Positions 1 to 8,526 of a DNA stretch of 64,000 nucleotides are shown piece after piece (within the stretch, counting starts at the first letter, position 1; each line of letters starts with the position of its first letter). The DNA lies in assembly GCA_947259785.1 (NCBI GenBank), contig CAMYNQ010000001.1, positions 9,088 to 73,087 of the forward strand, written 5' to 3'. The notes below the pieces were generated by a model, which had not been told where the DNA came from, did not search any database, and saw only the letters and a list, made by a program, of their open reading frames with translations. The DNA comes from an uncultured Chromatiaceae bacterium. GTDB lineage: Bacteria; Pseudomonadota; Gammaproteobacteria; Tenderiales; Tenderiaceae. Made by a program: the position numbers and the translations under genes.

Positions 1-530
1 CCGACCTACAACACCCTTGTCAGCTGCTGGCCGACATGCAGACCTATTTTGAACATCGTGGTGATATTAAAGGCAAAAAAGTCGTCTGGATTGGTGACGG
101 CAATAACATGTGTCACTCCTATATTGATGCTGCACGCCAATTTGATTTCCAGCTAGCCATCGCCGCACCTGAAGGTTATCTACCCGACAACGGGCTGCTC
201 AATGCCGCAGGCGAACATGCCTCTTTAGCCGACAGCCCGGCCGCGGCCTGCCAGGACGCCGACCTGATCGTCACCGACGTCTGGGCCAGCATGGGTCAAG
301 AAGAAGAGAGCAACAAGCGCATCAAAGCCTTTGCTGACTATCAGGTCAACAGCGAACTAATGCAGTTAGCCAAACCTGATGCCTTGTTCATGCATTGCCT
401 ACCGGCCCATCGCGACGAAGAGGTCAGTGAAGAGGTATTGGAAGGACCACAAAGTGTCGTCTGGGATGAAGCAGGTAACCGACTGCATTCGCAAAAGGCC
501 TTGCTAGAATTCCTGCTAACCCGCAACTAA
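1..530 (+). CDS. argF: Ornithine carbamoyltransferase, C-terminal portion (5' end outside window)
   Basis: The frame is open from the window edge ([15 protein letters not shown] = HPxQxLAD motif). It contains [13 protein letters not shown] (HCLP motif) and [14 protein letters not shown] at the C-terminus. Confidence 0.9.
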   Translation, partial: DLQHPCQLLADMQTYFEHRGDIKGKKVVWIGDGNNMCHSYIDAARQFDFQLAIAAPEGYLPDNGLLNAAGEHASLADSPAAACQDADLIVTDVWASMGQEEESNKRIKAFADYQVNSELMQLAKPDALFMHCLPAHRDEEVSEEVLEGPQSVVWDEAGNRLHSQKALLEFLLTRN

Positions 531-544
531 ATCGACGCCGTTTT

Positions 545-1600
545 ATGGAACCCTTACTCAGTCTCAACAACATCGAATGTCGTTACGACGACAATGCCGT
601 TGTTAAGAATCTGTCATTTCACGTCAAGCCTGGCTCGATGGTCTGCTTATTGGGCCAGAGCGGTTGCGGCAAGACCACTGTGCTGCGCAGTATTGCCGGT
701 TTTGAACCGCTTTACGCGGGTGAAATTTACAAACATGGCGAGCTGATTTCCAAAGCCGATTTTACCCTAGCGCCAGAGAAACGTGGCCTGGGGATGGTAT
801 TTCAGGACTATGCCTTGTTTCCACATCTGGATGTCGCCAGCAATATCAGTTTTGCCCTGAAGGACAAATCAAAAGCAGACAAGCGTCAGATTACCGAACA
901 GCTGCTGGAAACCGTCGGCCTGGCTGGCTATGCCGATCGATATCCACATGAACTTTCCGGTGGTCAGCAACAACGCATCGCTCTAGCCCGCGCCCTAGCA
1001 GCAAAACCAGATCTAATCCTGATGGATGAACCTTTTTCAAATCTGGATGTAGAACTGCGTGAACGGCTCGGCCTAGAGGTACGCGAAATTCTCAAACAGC
1101 AGGGCATTGCCGCCATTCTGGTAACCCACGATCAACATGAGGCCTTTGCCCTCGGCGACATGGTCGGCATCGTGAAAGATGGCCGCATCCTGCAGTGGGA
1201 CACGCCGTTTAATCTCTACCATGAACCGGCCAACCGCTTTGTCGCCGACTTCATCGGCCAGGGCGTGTTTATTGACGGCCGACTGGTATCTCACAACGAG
1301 GTCGAAACCGAGGTCGGCGTGATCCAGGGTGACCGGGCCTATCCATGGCCGACAGGAACGAACGTAGAGGTGCTACTGCGCCCCGATGACATCGTCCCCG
1401 ATCCAGACAGCAAACTCAGCGCCGAAATTACTCACAAAGCCTTTAAGGGCGCTACTGTGCTCTACACCCTGCGTCTGCCGACCGGCAGCCAGCTGTTATC
1501 ACTATTCCCCAGCCATGATGACCATCCCATCGGCACCCACGTCGGCATCCGTATCAACGCCGACCACCTGATCAGTTTCCATAAAGACAATCAGGCATAA
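545..1600 (+). CDS. ABC transporter ATP-binding protein (FbpC/PotA-like importer ATPase), no permease gene adjacent
   Basis: Walker A GQSGCGKTT, ABC signature LSGGQQQR, Walker B LILMDEPFSNLD, H-loop VTHDQ. A C-terminal regulatory extension is typical of importer ATPases. Confidence 0.85.
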   Translation: MEPLLSLNNIECRYDDNAVVKNLSFHVKPGSMVCLLGQSGCGKTTVLRSIAGFEPLYAGEIYKHGELISKADFTLAPEKRGLGMVFQDYALFPHLDVASNISFALKDKSKADKRQITEQLLETVGLAGYADRYPHELSGGQQQRIALARALAAKPDLILMDEPFSNLDVELRERLGLEVREILKQQGIAAILVTHDQHEAFALGDMVGIVKDGRILQWDTPFNLYHEPANRFVADFIGQGVFIDGRLVSHNEVETEVGVIQGDRAYPWPTGTNVEVLLRPDDIVPDPDSKLSAEITHKAFKGATVLYTLRLPTGSQLLSLFPSHDDHPIGTHVGIRINADHLISFHKDNQA

Positions 1601-1626
1601 AAAAAGCGGACCGAAGCCCGCTTTAA
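1601..1626. terminator. Bidirectional rho-independent terminator between convergent genes
   Basis: Hairpin AAAGCGGAC-CGAA-GCCCGCTTT (1603-1624, one mismatch). It is flanked by an A-run on the left (a U-run for the minus-strand transcript) and TTT on the right. Confidence 0.7.
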
Positions 1627-1644
1627 GTCTAGTTCATTTGAACC

Positions 1645-2289
1645 TTACAACTGTGCTGACAGATACTCAGCCACCGCCTTGATCTCTTGGTCAGTCATTT
1701 TCTTGGCTATACCAGCCATCATGCCAGCCGGGTCATTGGCCCGAATGCCATCACGAAACTCAGTCAACTGCTTAACAAGATAGTCACGATGTTGACCACC
1801 AATCACTGGAAAGGTCGAAACGCTTTCAGACTTACCCTTACCCTTTTCACCATGACAGTTAATACAACCGTAAACACCTGACTTGGCATTGCCCTCACGA
1901 AACAGTTTTTCACCCGCTGCCACAATCTTTTTATCTGGTTTGGACAACGAACCTTTCATCTTCTGAACAGCATAGAAAGCACCAATATCCTTGGCATCCT
2001 CATCTGAACCCACCATTGCCGCCATCCCCGCCATAGTATCGTTATTGGACCGATGACCTTTCTGAAAATCCTTCACCTGCTTAACGATATAACCAGCATA
2101 CTGCCCAGCCAAACGCGGATAAGTCGCATCCTCACTGTTGCCATCAAAACCATGGCAACCACCACACAAACCAGCCTTACCTTCACCGGCAGCGGCATCG
2201 CCAGCCGATACTGCCTGTGCCCCAGCAGTAAAGCCCCCCAGCGCTACTGCCGCAACTATCAAACGCATCTTGCGTGTTACTAATTTCAT
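1645..2289 (-). CDS. Dihaem cytochrome c4 (periplasmic), copy 1
   Basis: Signal peptide (MKLVTRKMRLIVAAVALGGFTAGAQA) and two CxxCH haem sites (CGGCHG, CINCHG). Repeated domain architecture. RBS GGGGGGAG lies 5 nt upstream of the ATG. Confidence 0.85.
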   Translation of the reverse strand: MKLVTRKMRLIVAAVALGGFTAGAQAVSAGDAAAGEGKAGLCGGCHGFDGNSEDATYPRLAGQYAGYIVKQVKDFQKGHRSNNDTMAGMAAMVGSDEDAKDIGAFYAVQKMKGSLSKPDKKIVAAGEKLFREGNAKSGVYGCINCHGEKGKGKSESVSTFPVIGGQHRDYLVKQLTEFRDGIRANDPAGMMAGIAKKMTDQEIKAVAEYLSAQL

Positions 2290-2351
2290 ATTTACTCCCC
2301 CCTAGTTAACTAGGACTGTTCTCCCCAAGGCCTTTCAACAAAGACCAACTT

Positions 2352-2380
2352 TTTATATCAACCTCTACCCTGAAGGTCAA
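2352..2380 (-). promoter_or_regulatory. Sigma70-like promoter upstream of cytochrome c4 copy 1
   Basis: The minus strand reads TTGACC (2380-2375), a 17 nt spacer, then TATAAA (2357-2352). The same arrangement recurs upstream of copy 2. Confidence 0.45.
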
Positions 2381-2440
2381 ATTGATTCTTATACCGACCT
2401 CAAAGCCGGGCAATTTCCTCAAGGGCAAATATATAAGCAT

Positions 2441-2466
2441 AAAAAAAGCGGACCGAAGTCCGCTTT
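2441..2466 (-). terminator. Rho-independent terminator after cytochrome c4 copy 2
   Basis: Perfect 9-bp stem AAAGCGGAC/GTCCGCTTT with a CGAA loop (2445-2466). On the minus strand it is followed by a run of seven U (A7 at 2441-2447). Confidence 0.75.
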
Positions 2467-2488
2467 ATAGAGCTAATACCTAAAATAC

Positions 2489-3130
2489 TTAAAGCTGCAC
2501 TGACAAATACTCAGCCACCGCCTCAATCTCTTCATCCGTTATCTTTTTAACAACACCGACCATCATGCCGGCCGGGTCATTGCCTCGGCTGCCATCACGG
2601 AATGCTTTCATCTGCTTGACCAGATAGTCACGATGCTGGCCACCGATGACAGGAAAAGTTGTAACCACTGCCGACCTGCCTTTACCCTTTTCGCCATGAC
2701 AGTTAATACAACCGTAAACACCTGTCTTGGCATTGCCTTCACGAAACAGCTTTTCGCCCGCAGCGACCACATCTTTGTTTGGATTGGCTAGAGAGCCTTT
2801 TATCTTCTGCGCCGCAAAGTAAGCACCAATATCTTTAACATCCTGCTCAGAGCTTATTGTGGGCACCTTACCAGTGATGTCAGCATGGTTGGCACGACGA
2901 CCTTTCTGAAAGTCCACCACCTGCTTAAAGATATAACCGGCGTACTGCCCCGCCAAACGTGGAAAACTGGGATCCTCGCTGTTGCCATCAAAACCATGGC
3001 AATCCCCACACAAACTGGCCTTACTCTCGCCGGCAGCCGCATCACCAAACGGTGATGCCTGCGCCCCAACAGAAAAAACTGCCAGCGCGACAGTAACAAG
3101 CATTAAACGCACACACGACACAAACTTCAT
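2489..3130 (-). CDS. Dihaem cytochrome c4, copy 2 (tandem paralogue)
   Basis: Two CxxCH sites (CGDCHG, CINCHG). The C-terminal half is nearly identical to copy 1 (AAGEKLFREGNAK.GVYGCINCHGEKGKG...). Start chosen at MKFVSC (ATG 3130) because it follows GGGGAGAG; the ORF track extends to 3160. Confidence 0.85.
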   Translation of the reverse strand: MKFVSCVRLMLVTVALAVFSVGAQASPFGDAAAGESKASLCGDCHGFDGNSEDPSFPRLAGQYAGYIFKQVVDFQKGRRANHADITGKVPTISSEQDVKDIGAYFAAQKIKGSLANPNKDVVAAGEKLFREGNAKTGVYGCINCHGEKGKGRSAVVTTFPVIGGQHRDYLVKQMKAFRDGSRGNDPAGMMVGVVKKITDEEIEAVAEYLSVQL

Positions 3131-3190
3131 TTTGACTCTCCCCAGAGCTGCACACGCCATTCGTCGGAAAAATTAACAAAAAACTAACTT

Positions 3191-3219
3191 TTTATAACAA
3201 GCCCTATCCAGAAGGTCAA
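3191..3219 (-). promoter_or_regulatory. Sigma70-like promoter upstream of cytochrome c4 copy 2
   Basis: The minus strand reads TTGACC (3219-3214), 17 nt, then TATAAA (3196-3191). The surrounding ~35 nt are conserved with 2345-2385. Confidence 0.45.
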
Positions 3220-3238
3220 ACAATCTGCCGTATAAATA

Positions 3239-4036
3239 TTAATGCTTACTTATTAATCCCGCTTGGCGTAATAGTTCCTGGGCATAAAACACAGGGATAG
3301 CATAAGAAATGGCGCTAGGATTCTCCAAAACAGTTTCCTTAGTATCCTTCACAAACACGCTATTCAAAACACCGACCACCTCACCTGTTTCTGTATCGTA
3401 CACGGGACTGCCACTGTTACCAGGGTAGGCAATAGCATCCAGTTGAAACACTTTAAAAGCCGTCAGCATACGTTTAATCAGCCGAGGATTGAGCTGTTTG
3501 CTGTTATTAACCGGCTGCACCGCCGGGGTAATGGCCGACACCATCGCCTTATGAGTAACCACGTGATACCCCAGTGCCGAACCAATCGGAAAGCCGCTCA
3601 TCAAGTACTCGCGTCCCTCCTCAACAGCAGAGCTATCCCCCATCTTCAAGGGCGCTAAAGGCGAATCCGAGAACCTAAGCAGAGCCACATCATGCCGCTT
3701 ATCCTTCTTAATGACAGTGGCGATACGGATCTTTTTTCGGTCTTCACCCGGCACAACCACCACCAGGCTTTCATTTTTATCTGGGTCAAGAAGCTCAGGG
3801 ATATTATGGGCATTAGTAATGATGTGGCGGCCATCAGCAACGACAAAGCCTGTACCAACAAATCGTATCGCCGGTTGACGCAGGGGCTGATAATTGCCCA
3901 GCGCAACCACACCAGGTTTCACCTTAGCAATAGTATCGGAATAATCCGCAGCCAAAGACATCTGAATACTAAGACCAAACAACACCAACAGCGCAAACAT
4001 ATTGAACGTGAGTTTGCTGAAAACTTTAGGCAGCAT
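3239..4036 (-). CDS. Secreted trypsin-like (S1 family) serine protease
   Basis: Catalytic triad contexts ITNAHNI (His), HDVALLRF (Asp) and YPGNSGSPVY (Ser), plus an N-terminal signal-like hydrophobic segment. Start at MLPKVF (4036, GAGG upstream) is my choice; the ORF is open to 4060 (GTG). Confidence 0.75.
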   Translation of the reverse strand: MLPKVFSKLTFNMFALLVLFGLSIQMSLAADYSDTIAKVKPGVVALGNYQPLRQPAIRFVGTGFVVADGRHIITNAHNIPELLDPDKNESLVVVVPGEDRKKIRIATVIKKDKRHDVALLRFSDSPLAPLKMGDSSAVEEGREYLMSGFPIGSALGYHVVTHKAMVSAITPAVQPVNNSKQLNPRLIKRMLTAFKVFQLDAIAYPGNSGSPVYDTETGEVVGVLNSVFVKDTKETVLENPSAISYAIPVFYAQELLRQAGLISKH

Positions 4037-4090
4037 ATAATGAAACCTCATTGTAGACACAACTCGTTAAAGCAACCCCGTCAGGCAGCC

Positions 4091-4798
4091 ATGAAAAACA
4101 TAAATTCAACCCTTATTGCCTTATTCTTCATACTAACAGGCAATTTCGCCCTGGCCGACATCGAAGCCATCACCATCAATGGCAAAAGCGTATTACTAAA
4201 AAATAATAATACTTGGCAATACATCGAAATCAAGCAGGCAGATGCCAGATATGCCCATCTATACGTCGTTAACAAGCAAGGAGGCGACAACTACTGCCGC
4301 CTGGGGTTTAAACTAAAAAATGGCCTGGCTGACAAAATCACCAGCATCGTATTTAGGTTCTCGGCCCATAACCATGAAGATGTGCTCTACGACACCGTTA
4401 CCAAAGGTTTCCTACATTTAAAACCAACCAATGAAGGCTTCAAGGAAGTCACCTTCTCCGGCATGTCCTGCGAAGAGATCAAATATATCAGGGTACATGG
4501 CGCCGATCGCTGTGAGATTGGCGAACTGACCAAGCACTCAGCCGAAAAAGGCGAGTGTCTGAAACTGGTGCAGGTGGAGGCCAATGACAAGTTTGTTATC
4601 TTCAAGCGATACAACGATGAACCAATAGAACCTGAGGCGCCAGAAACAACCGAAGCTGAAACAGTAATGGAATCAAACCTGCAGAAGGAATACGAAAGCT
4701 GGAAATCACGTCAGGAGACAACCGAAGCTGAAACAACAATGGAATCAGACCTGCAGAAGGAATACGAAAGCTGGAAATCACGCCAGGAGACAAACTAA
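4091..4798 (+). CDS. Hypothetical secreted protein with a C-terminal tandem 24-aa repeat
   Basis: Signal peptide MKNINSTLIALFFILTGNFALA. The upstream part of track ORF 3692-4798 is antisense to the protease gene and was discarded. No family recognised. Confidence 0.6.
   Translation: MKNINSTLIALFFILTGNFALADIEAITINGKSVLLKNNNTWQYIEIKQADARYAHLYVVNKQGGDNYCRLGFKLKNGLADKITSIVFRFSAHNHEDVLYDTVTKGFLHLKPTNEGFKEVTFSGMSCEEIKYIRVHGADRCEIGELTKHSAEKGECLKLVQVEANDKFVIFKRYNDEPIEPEAPETTEAETVMESNLQKEYESWKSRQETTEAETTMESDLQKEYESWKSRQETN
4643..4786 (+). repeat. Two tandem copies of a 72-nt (24-codon) unit inside the 3' end of CDS 4091-4798
   Basis: ETTEAETVMESNLQKEYESWKSRQ / ETTEAETTMESDLQKEYESWKSRQ. The copies start at 4643 and 4715 and differ at a few nucleotides. 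They are followed by the start of a third unit (ET) and the stop codon. Confidence 0.9.
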
Positions 4799-4835
4799 CA
4801 AACCGCCCCACATTCGCAGCCTGACTGATCGAGCC

Positions 4836-6185
4836 GTGTTCAATCGAAAACCTCTGCTGACCCTTGCCCTGCTATATCTTGCATTCACGATATACGGCAG
4901 CCTCGTACCTTTAAACTACCACCCTTATCCATTCGAACAAGCCTGGGCAAACTTCACTAACATTCGCTATCTCAACCTAGGCATTGGCTCAAGAGCAGAC
5001 TGGGTAGCAAACATCCTGTTATTCATTCCCTTATCCTTCTTGTGGCTCGGTCTGTTTTGGAGCCAGAAAAATTTACCCCTTAAAATTACTGCCTCACTCC
5101 TTATTACCCTCTCATGCATTGCATTAAGCTTATGCATTGAGTTTACTCAGCAATTCTTTCCACCTCGCACCGTCTCTCAGAATGACATTCTAGCCGAATC
5201 CTTAGGCACACTTATCGGTATAACCGCCTGGTGGTGGAAGGGGCCAAAAACACAACAACTATTCAGGCAACTGTTAACCAGTCACTACAATATTATTGAA
5301 CGTCTACTCTGGATATACCTGGCGATACTGTTTGGATATAACATTCTACCTCTTGACCTTACTATCAGCCCTGTCGAGCTCTATCACAAGTGGAAGGGAG
5401 GCAAGATAATCTTCATTCCATTCACAGCTGGAACAGAAAATATTGCAGAGTTTACATACAATATAATAAGTGACATTGTAATCTGGATACCCGTTACATT
5501 TCTCTGGATCATTTCCACTAAAAAATCATCACTACAGGCCTGGCTGTGGACAGTGTCTGCCGCCGTCATTCTTGAAGGCATGCAATTAATGGTCTACTCA
5601 AGAGTCACCGACATAACCGATGTTTTCACCGCAATGGTTGGCGCAGCCATTGGCTGTCTTGCATCCCAACATTACAAAACAGCCCTCCCGACGGAACAAA
5701 TTCATAGCATGAATATAAACGCGTATCTTGGCACCATTTTCACGATTGTTTGGTGCTTGGTTCTGGCTACCATTTTTTGGTACCCATTTGATTTCCATCT
5801 GGACAGAACCATCCTAAGAGAAAAAATTTCTGGTCTATATCAAGTTCCTTTCATTAGCTACTATTATGGAACCGAGTTTCGTGCCATCACTGAAGTTATA
5901 CACAAGGTTGCTTTTTTTCTTCCTCTAGGCATGGCACTTGCCTTTATTAAGCAAAATATTCACCATCCAACCATAAAGACCTACTTCAATATATTTGCCA
6001 TCCTAGGCATCATCGCAGCCGCATTTGTCATAGAACTCGGGCAAATTGCTCTACCAGGCAAACACCCAGGCAACACAGACCTGACCCTCGAAGCTATTGG
6101 AGGCGCCATTGGTTTTTATGGCTTTTCTTATTTTTCCATCCAGATTAATAGGCAAAGGCTCAGTCAAAATTCTAATCCCAAATGA
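4836..6185 (+). CDS. Polytopic membrane protein with two VanZ-like modules
   Basis: IEFTQQFFPPRTVSQNDILAESLGTLIG and IELGQIALPGKHPGNTDLTLEAIGGAIG both fit the VanZ E-x-x-Q...R/K...D-(I/L)...G signature. About 12 hydrophobic helices. GTG start per the ORF track. Confidence 0.55.
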   Translation: MFNRKPLLTLALLYLAFTIYGSLVPLNYHPYPFEQAWANFTNIRYLNLGIGSRADWVANILLFIPLSFLWLGLFWSQKNLPLKITASLLITLSCIALSLCIEFTQQFFPPRTVSQNDILAESLGTLIGITAWWWKGPKTQQLFRQLLTSHYNIIERLLWIYLAILFGYNILPLDLTISPVELYHKWKGGKIIFIPFTAGTENIAEFTYNIISDIVIWIPVTFLWIISTKKSSLQAWLWTVSAAVILEGMQLMVYSRVTDITDVFTAMVGAAIGCLASQHYKTALPTEQIHSMNINAYLGTIFTIVWCLVLATIFWYPFDFHLDRTILREKISGLYQVPFISYYYGTEFRAITEVIHKVAFFLPLGMALAFIKQNIHHPTIKTYFNIFAILGIIAAAFVIELGQIALPGKHPGNTDLTLEAIGGAIGFYGFSYFSIQINRQRLSQNSNPK

Positions 6186-7186
6186 AGACTCATCTAACGA
6201 CAATGAAATACGCCGAGATAAAATCTTCTTTTCCTAGCATACTGATTACAATCCTTATCGTTTTTATTGTGGGAATAGCTGTCTCATACATCCCGCAGAT
6301 TCCCTACAACATCCGAGAAATTTTCGATGGCACCAACCTTTTCTATAACACTTTATTAATCAGTGCCTGCCTATATACAGGGTTTGGCTTACCGACATTG
6401 CTAACCATGACGCTGGCCAGAAACATCAAAGCCATGGCAATACAACTACCTTTCGCCACGCTTATACAAACCACACTAACTTGGTTTTTAGTTAGGCTCA
6501 CAGTACCACTTGAAAGCATTCATGACATTCTAGGCACACCAGTACTTGGCTGGCCATGGGAGTGGGAGCTGATCATGCGCTTTATTGCCTTATTCAGCGT
6601 ACCCAGCTTATTAATTACATTATCAACACTTATCGCATTGTCATTACCTCTACGCGCCAATGCTATCCATAGCTACTATAAAATCATCTTTTGGTTACCC
6701 GCTGCACTGCCCGTGCTGGCTCTTAGCCATGTAATCCTTGTCAAGTACGCCGCCACGGACAACCTCACTGAACTCATGGCTAGTGGTGGAAATCTGATTT
6801 CCAGCGTGATGCTGACATTATGGTGCCTATGTCTAATCTATACCGCCACCTTGCTAGCATACAGATGGGCAAGCAAAGAGGGGATTAATCTAAACCTCAC
6901 CATTCTCGTGACAGTTGTAGCCTCCGCCCCCTTAGCATACTTGTTCCTCGTACTCGGAACAGAATCTCACGTCAACAAATACAACCAGACCTTCTCTGCA
7001 TTACAGTTCCTACTCAGTCAAGACCGTGAACATCTCATATCTGGCATCGAACTATATATACGTTTCGCGATTGCCCATTACGGCGGCATTACATTCCTTT
7101 TTCTTGCTCAGTTTCCTTTTTGGCAGACGTACATGCAAAAGCGAGCACAAACTCAAAAGACTACCGCGACAAGACCGGTGGCTTAA
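6182..7186 (+). CDS. Hypothetical polytopic membrane protein, translationally coupled to the VanZ-like gene
   Basis: ATGA start/stop overlap at 6182-6185 and about 9 hydrophobic segments. No recognisable motif. Confidence 0.55.
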   Translation: MKTHLTTMKYAEIKSSFPSILITILIVFIVGIAVSYIPQIPYNIREIFDGTNLFYNTLLISACLYTGFGLPTLLTMTLARNIKAMAIQLPFATLIQTTLTWFLVRLTVPLESIHDILGTPVLGWPWEWELIMRFIALFSVPSLLITLSTLIALSLPLRANAIHSYYKIIFWLPAALPVLALSHVILVKYAATDNLTELMASGGNLISSVMLTLWCLCLIYTATLLAYRWASKEGINLNLTILVTVVASAPLAYLFLVLGTESHVNKYNQTFSALQFLLSQDREHLISGIELYIRFAIAHYGGITFLFLAQFPFWQTYMQKRAQTQKTTATRPVA

Positions 7187-8522
7187 GCTCGACACTGGGA
7201 ACCCAGTACAGCGTCCCCTGGCTGCCGCCATACGCCCCAACCTCACCAGCCTGACGTAGATCACCATTAAGCCCCAGATTCCATTCCAGATAATTCTGCA
7301 TTGACGCTGGATCAAACTTGGCCGTCAATTTTGCTCTCGGCCGCAGGTCCCTCTCGCCCAGCCTTGCCAATGGCTTGTTCAAATAATTCTGGGCTGCAGA
7401 AAGTTGTCCCGTGACATTGCCACTCAGCAACTCAGCACGTATGGGCACTTCCGCAAACACCACATTGGCCAGCACCCGTTGCGGATAATCCGCCGCCAGC
7501 TTCTGCACATCAGCATTTGGCTTTCTAATAATAATGCCTGTGCCTGCCGCAATGACCGTATTATAAAAAATGGAAATTTCTCGCGGCACATCATTATGCG
7601 GCTGAATATGCACTGCATCACCCAAATCATTCACAAAAAGATTGTTGTATAAAGCAATATTTCCTTCCCCCTGAAACAAGGCCTCGCCTGGGTTCTGATA
7701 AAAGAAATTACCATAGATCTGGTACAAGTCATCCTGGCCTGCCCCCGTCAAAGGCCAGTGCCCTACCAGCAGATTCGGCCGGGCCATTTCCGTCTGGCCA
7801 TTGCCTACTGCCTTACTAAAAACATTGTGGCGGATAATGGTTGTACGCCGTTCGTCAGGCATTCCATCTACAGACTCTCTTTTTTTCTGGTGCTTGATTT
7901 GCAGGTTGTAACCCAGCGTATTGGTGATTAGATTATGTTCGATCAGACCACCGACAAAGGCATCACTGCCGTCTGAATTACCCAGATAAACACCCGTGCC
8001 AGCGCCCTCAATCACATTACCCCTGATCACCCAGTCCCAAGCCGGGCACTTGCTGGATATGGCCACGGTCTGCTGGTTATTGCCATGACCGCGAATCACC
8101 AGCCCCTCGAGAGTAATGTGATGCACCCAGCGGGCATGCCCCTCGGCCTTCACGGCATCCACAGGCAAGCCTCTGCCTTCAAGCACCAGATGACGGATGG
8201 TGACATAGCCTGAATCAATGATGCTAACGGTATTGTGACCACGACGGGCTTGAAACACTGGGGGCTGCAAGGAATCAGCTGCAGCAATGGTTATGACCTG
8301 CCCCGGCTTTCCCAGTAGTTTATGAACAGGCAGGCCAGCTTTATACAGGCCCGGCGCCAGTAACAGTGAATCACCCGCTTGCAAGGTTTTTAATAGTTGG
8401 CGATAGGTTTGGGGATCGGCCTGAAGAATTTCAGCTGTGGCACACGGCTGAATAAGACATAACGCCAGCAGACAAATAATATATTGCCGTAGAAGCCCGC
8501 CAGGCTTAAAAAATAGAGGCAA
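7161..8522 (-). CDS. Secreted right-handed parallel beta-helix repeat protein (possible polysaccharide lyase/epimerase/depolymerase)
   Basis: Signal-like N-terminus (IICLLALCLIQPCATA). Repeated beta-helix rungs: VTIRHLVLEG, ITLEGLVIRGHG, VIRGNVIEGAGTGVYLG, LIEHNLITNT, IIRHNVFS, LYNNLFVN, IFYNTVIAAGTGIII. TTG start per the ORF track. Confidence 0.55.
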   Translation of the reverse strand: MPLFFKPGGLLRQYIICLLALCLIQPCATAEILQADPQTYRQLLKTLQAGDSLLLAPGLYKAGLPVHKLLGKPGQVITIAAADSLQPPVFQARRGHNTVSIIDSGYVTIRHLVLEGRGLPVDAVKAEGHARWVHHITLEGLVIRGHGNNQQTVAISSKCPAWDWVIRGNVIEGAGTGVYLGNSDGSDAFVGGLIEHNLITNTLGYNLQIKHQKKRESVDGMPDERRTTIIRHNVFSKAVGNGQTEMARPNLLVGHWPLTGAGQDDLYQIYGNFFYQNPGEALFQGEGNIALYNNLFVNDLGDAVHIQPHNDVPREISIFYNTVIAAGTGIIIRKPNADVQKLAADYPQRVLANVVFAEVPIRAELLSGNVTGQLSAAQNYLNKPLARLGERDLRPRAKLTAKFDPASMQNYLEWNLGLNGDLRQAGEVGAYGGSQGTLYWVPSVELKPPVLSR

Positions 8523-8526
8523 AATC

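Noticed and set aside
545-1600. Orphan ABC ATPase as part of a polysaccharide export system
   Set aside because: Its C-terminal regulatory domain and motif pattern are importer-type (FbpC/PotA-like). It sits in the housekeeping flank, separated from the locus by the cytochrome c4 genes and terminators.
3692-4090. N-terminal 133-codon extension of track ORF 3692-4798
   Set aside because: The extension is antisense to the well-supported serine protease gene and has no signal peptide. The ATG at 4091 is followed immediately by a classic signal peptide, so only 4091-4798 is called.
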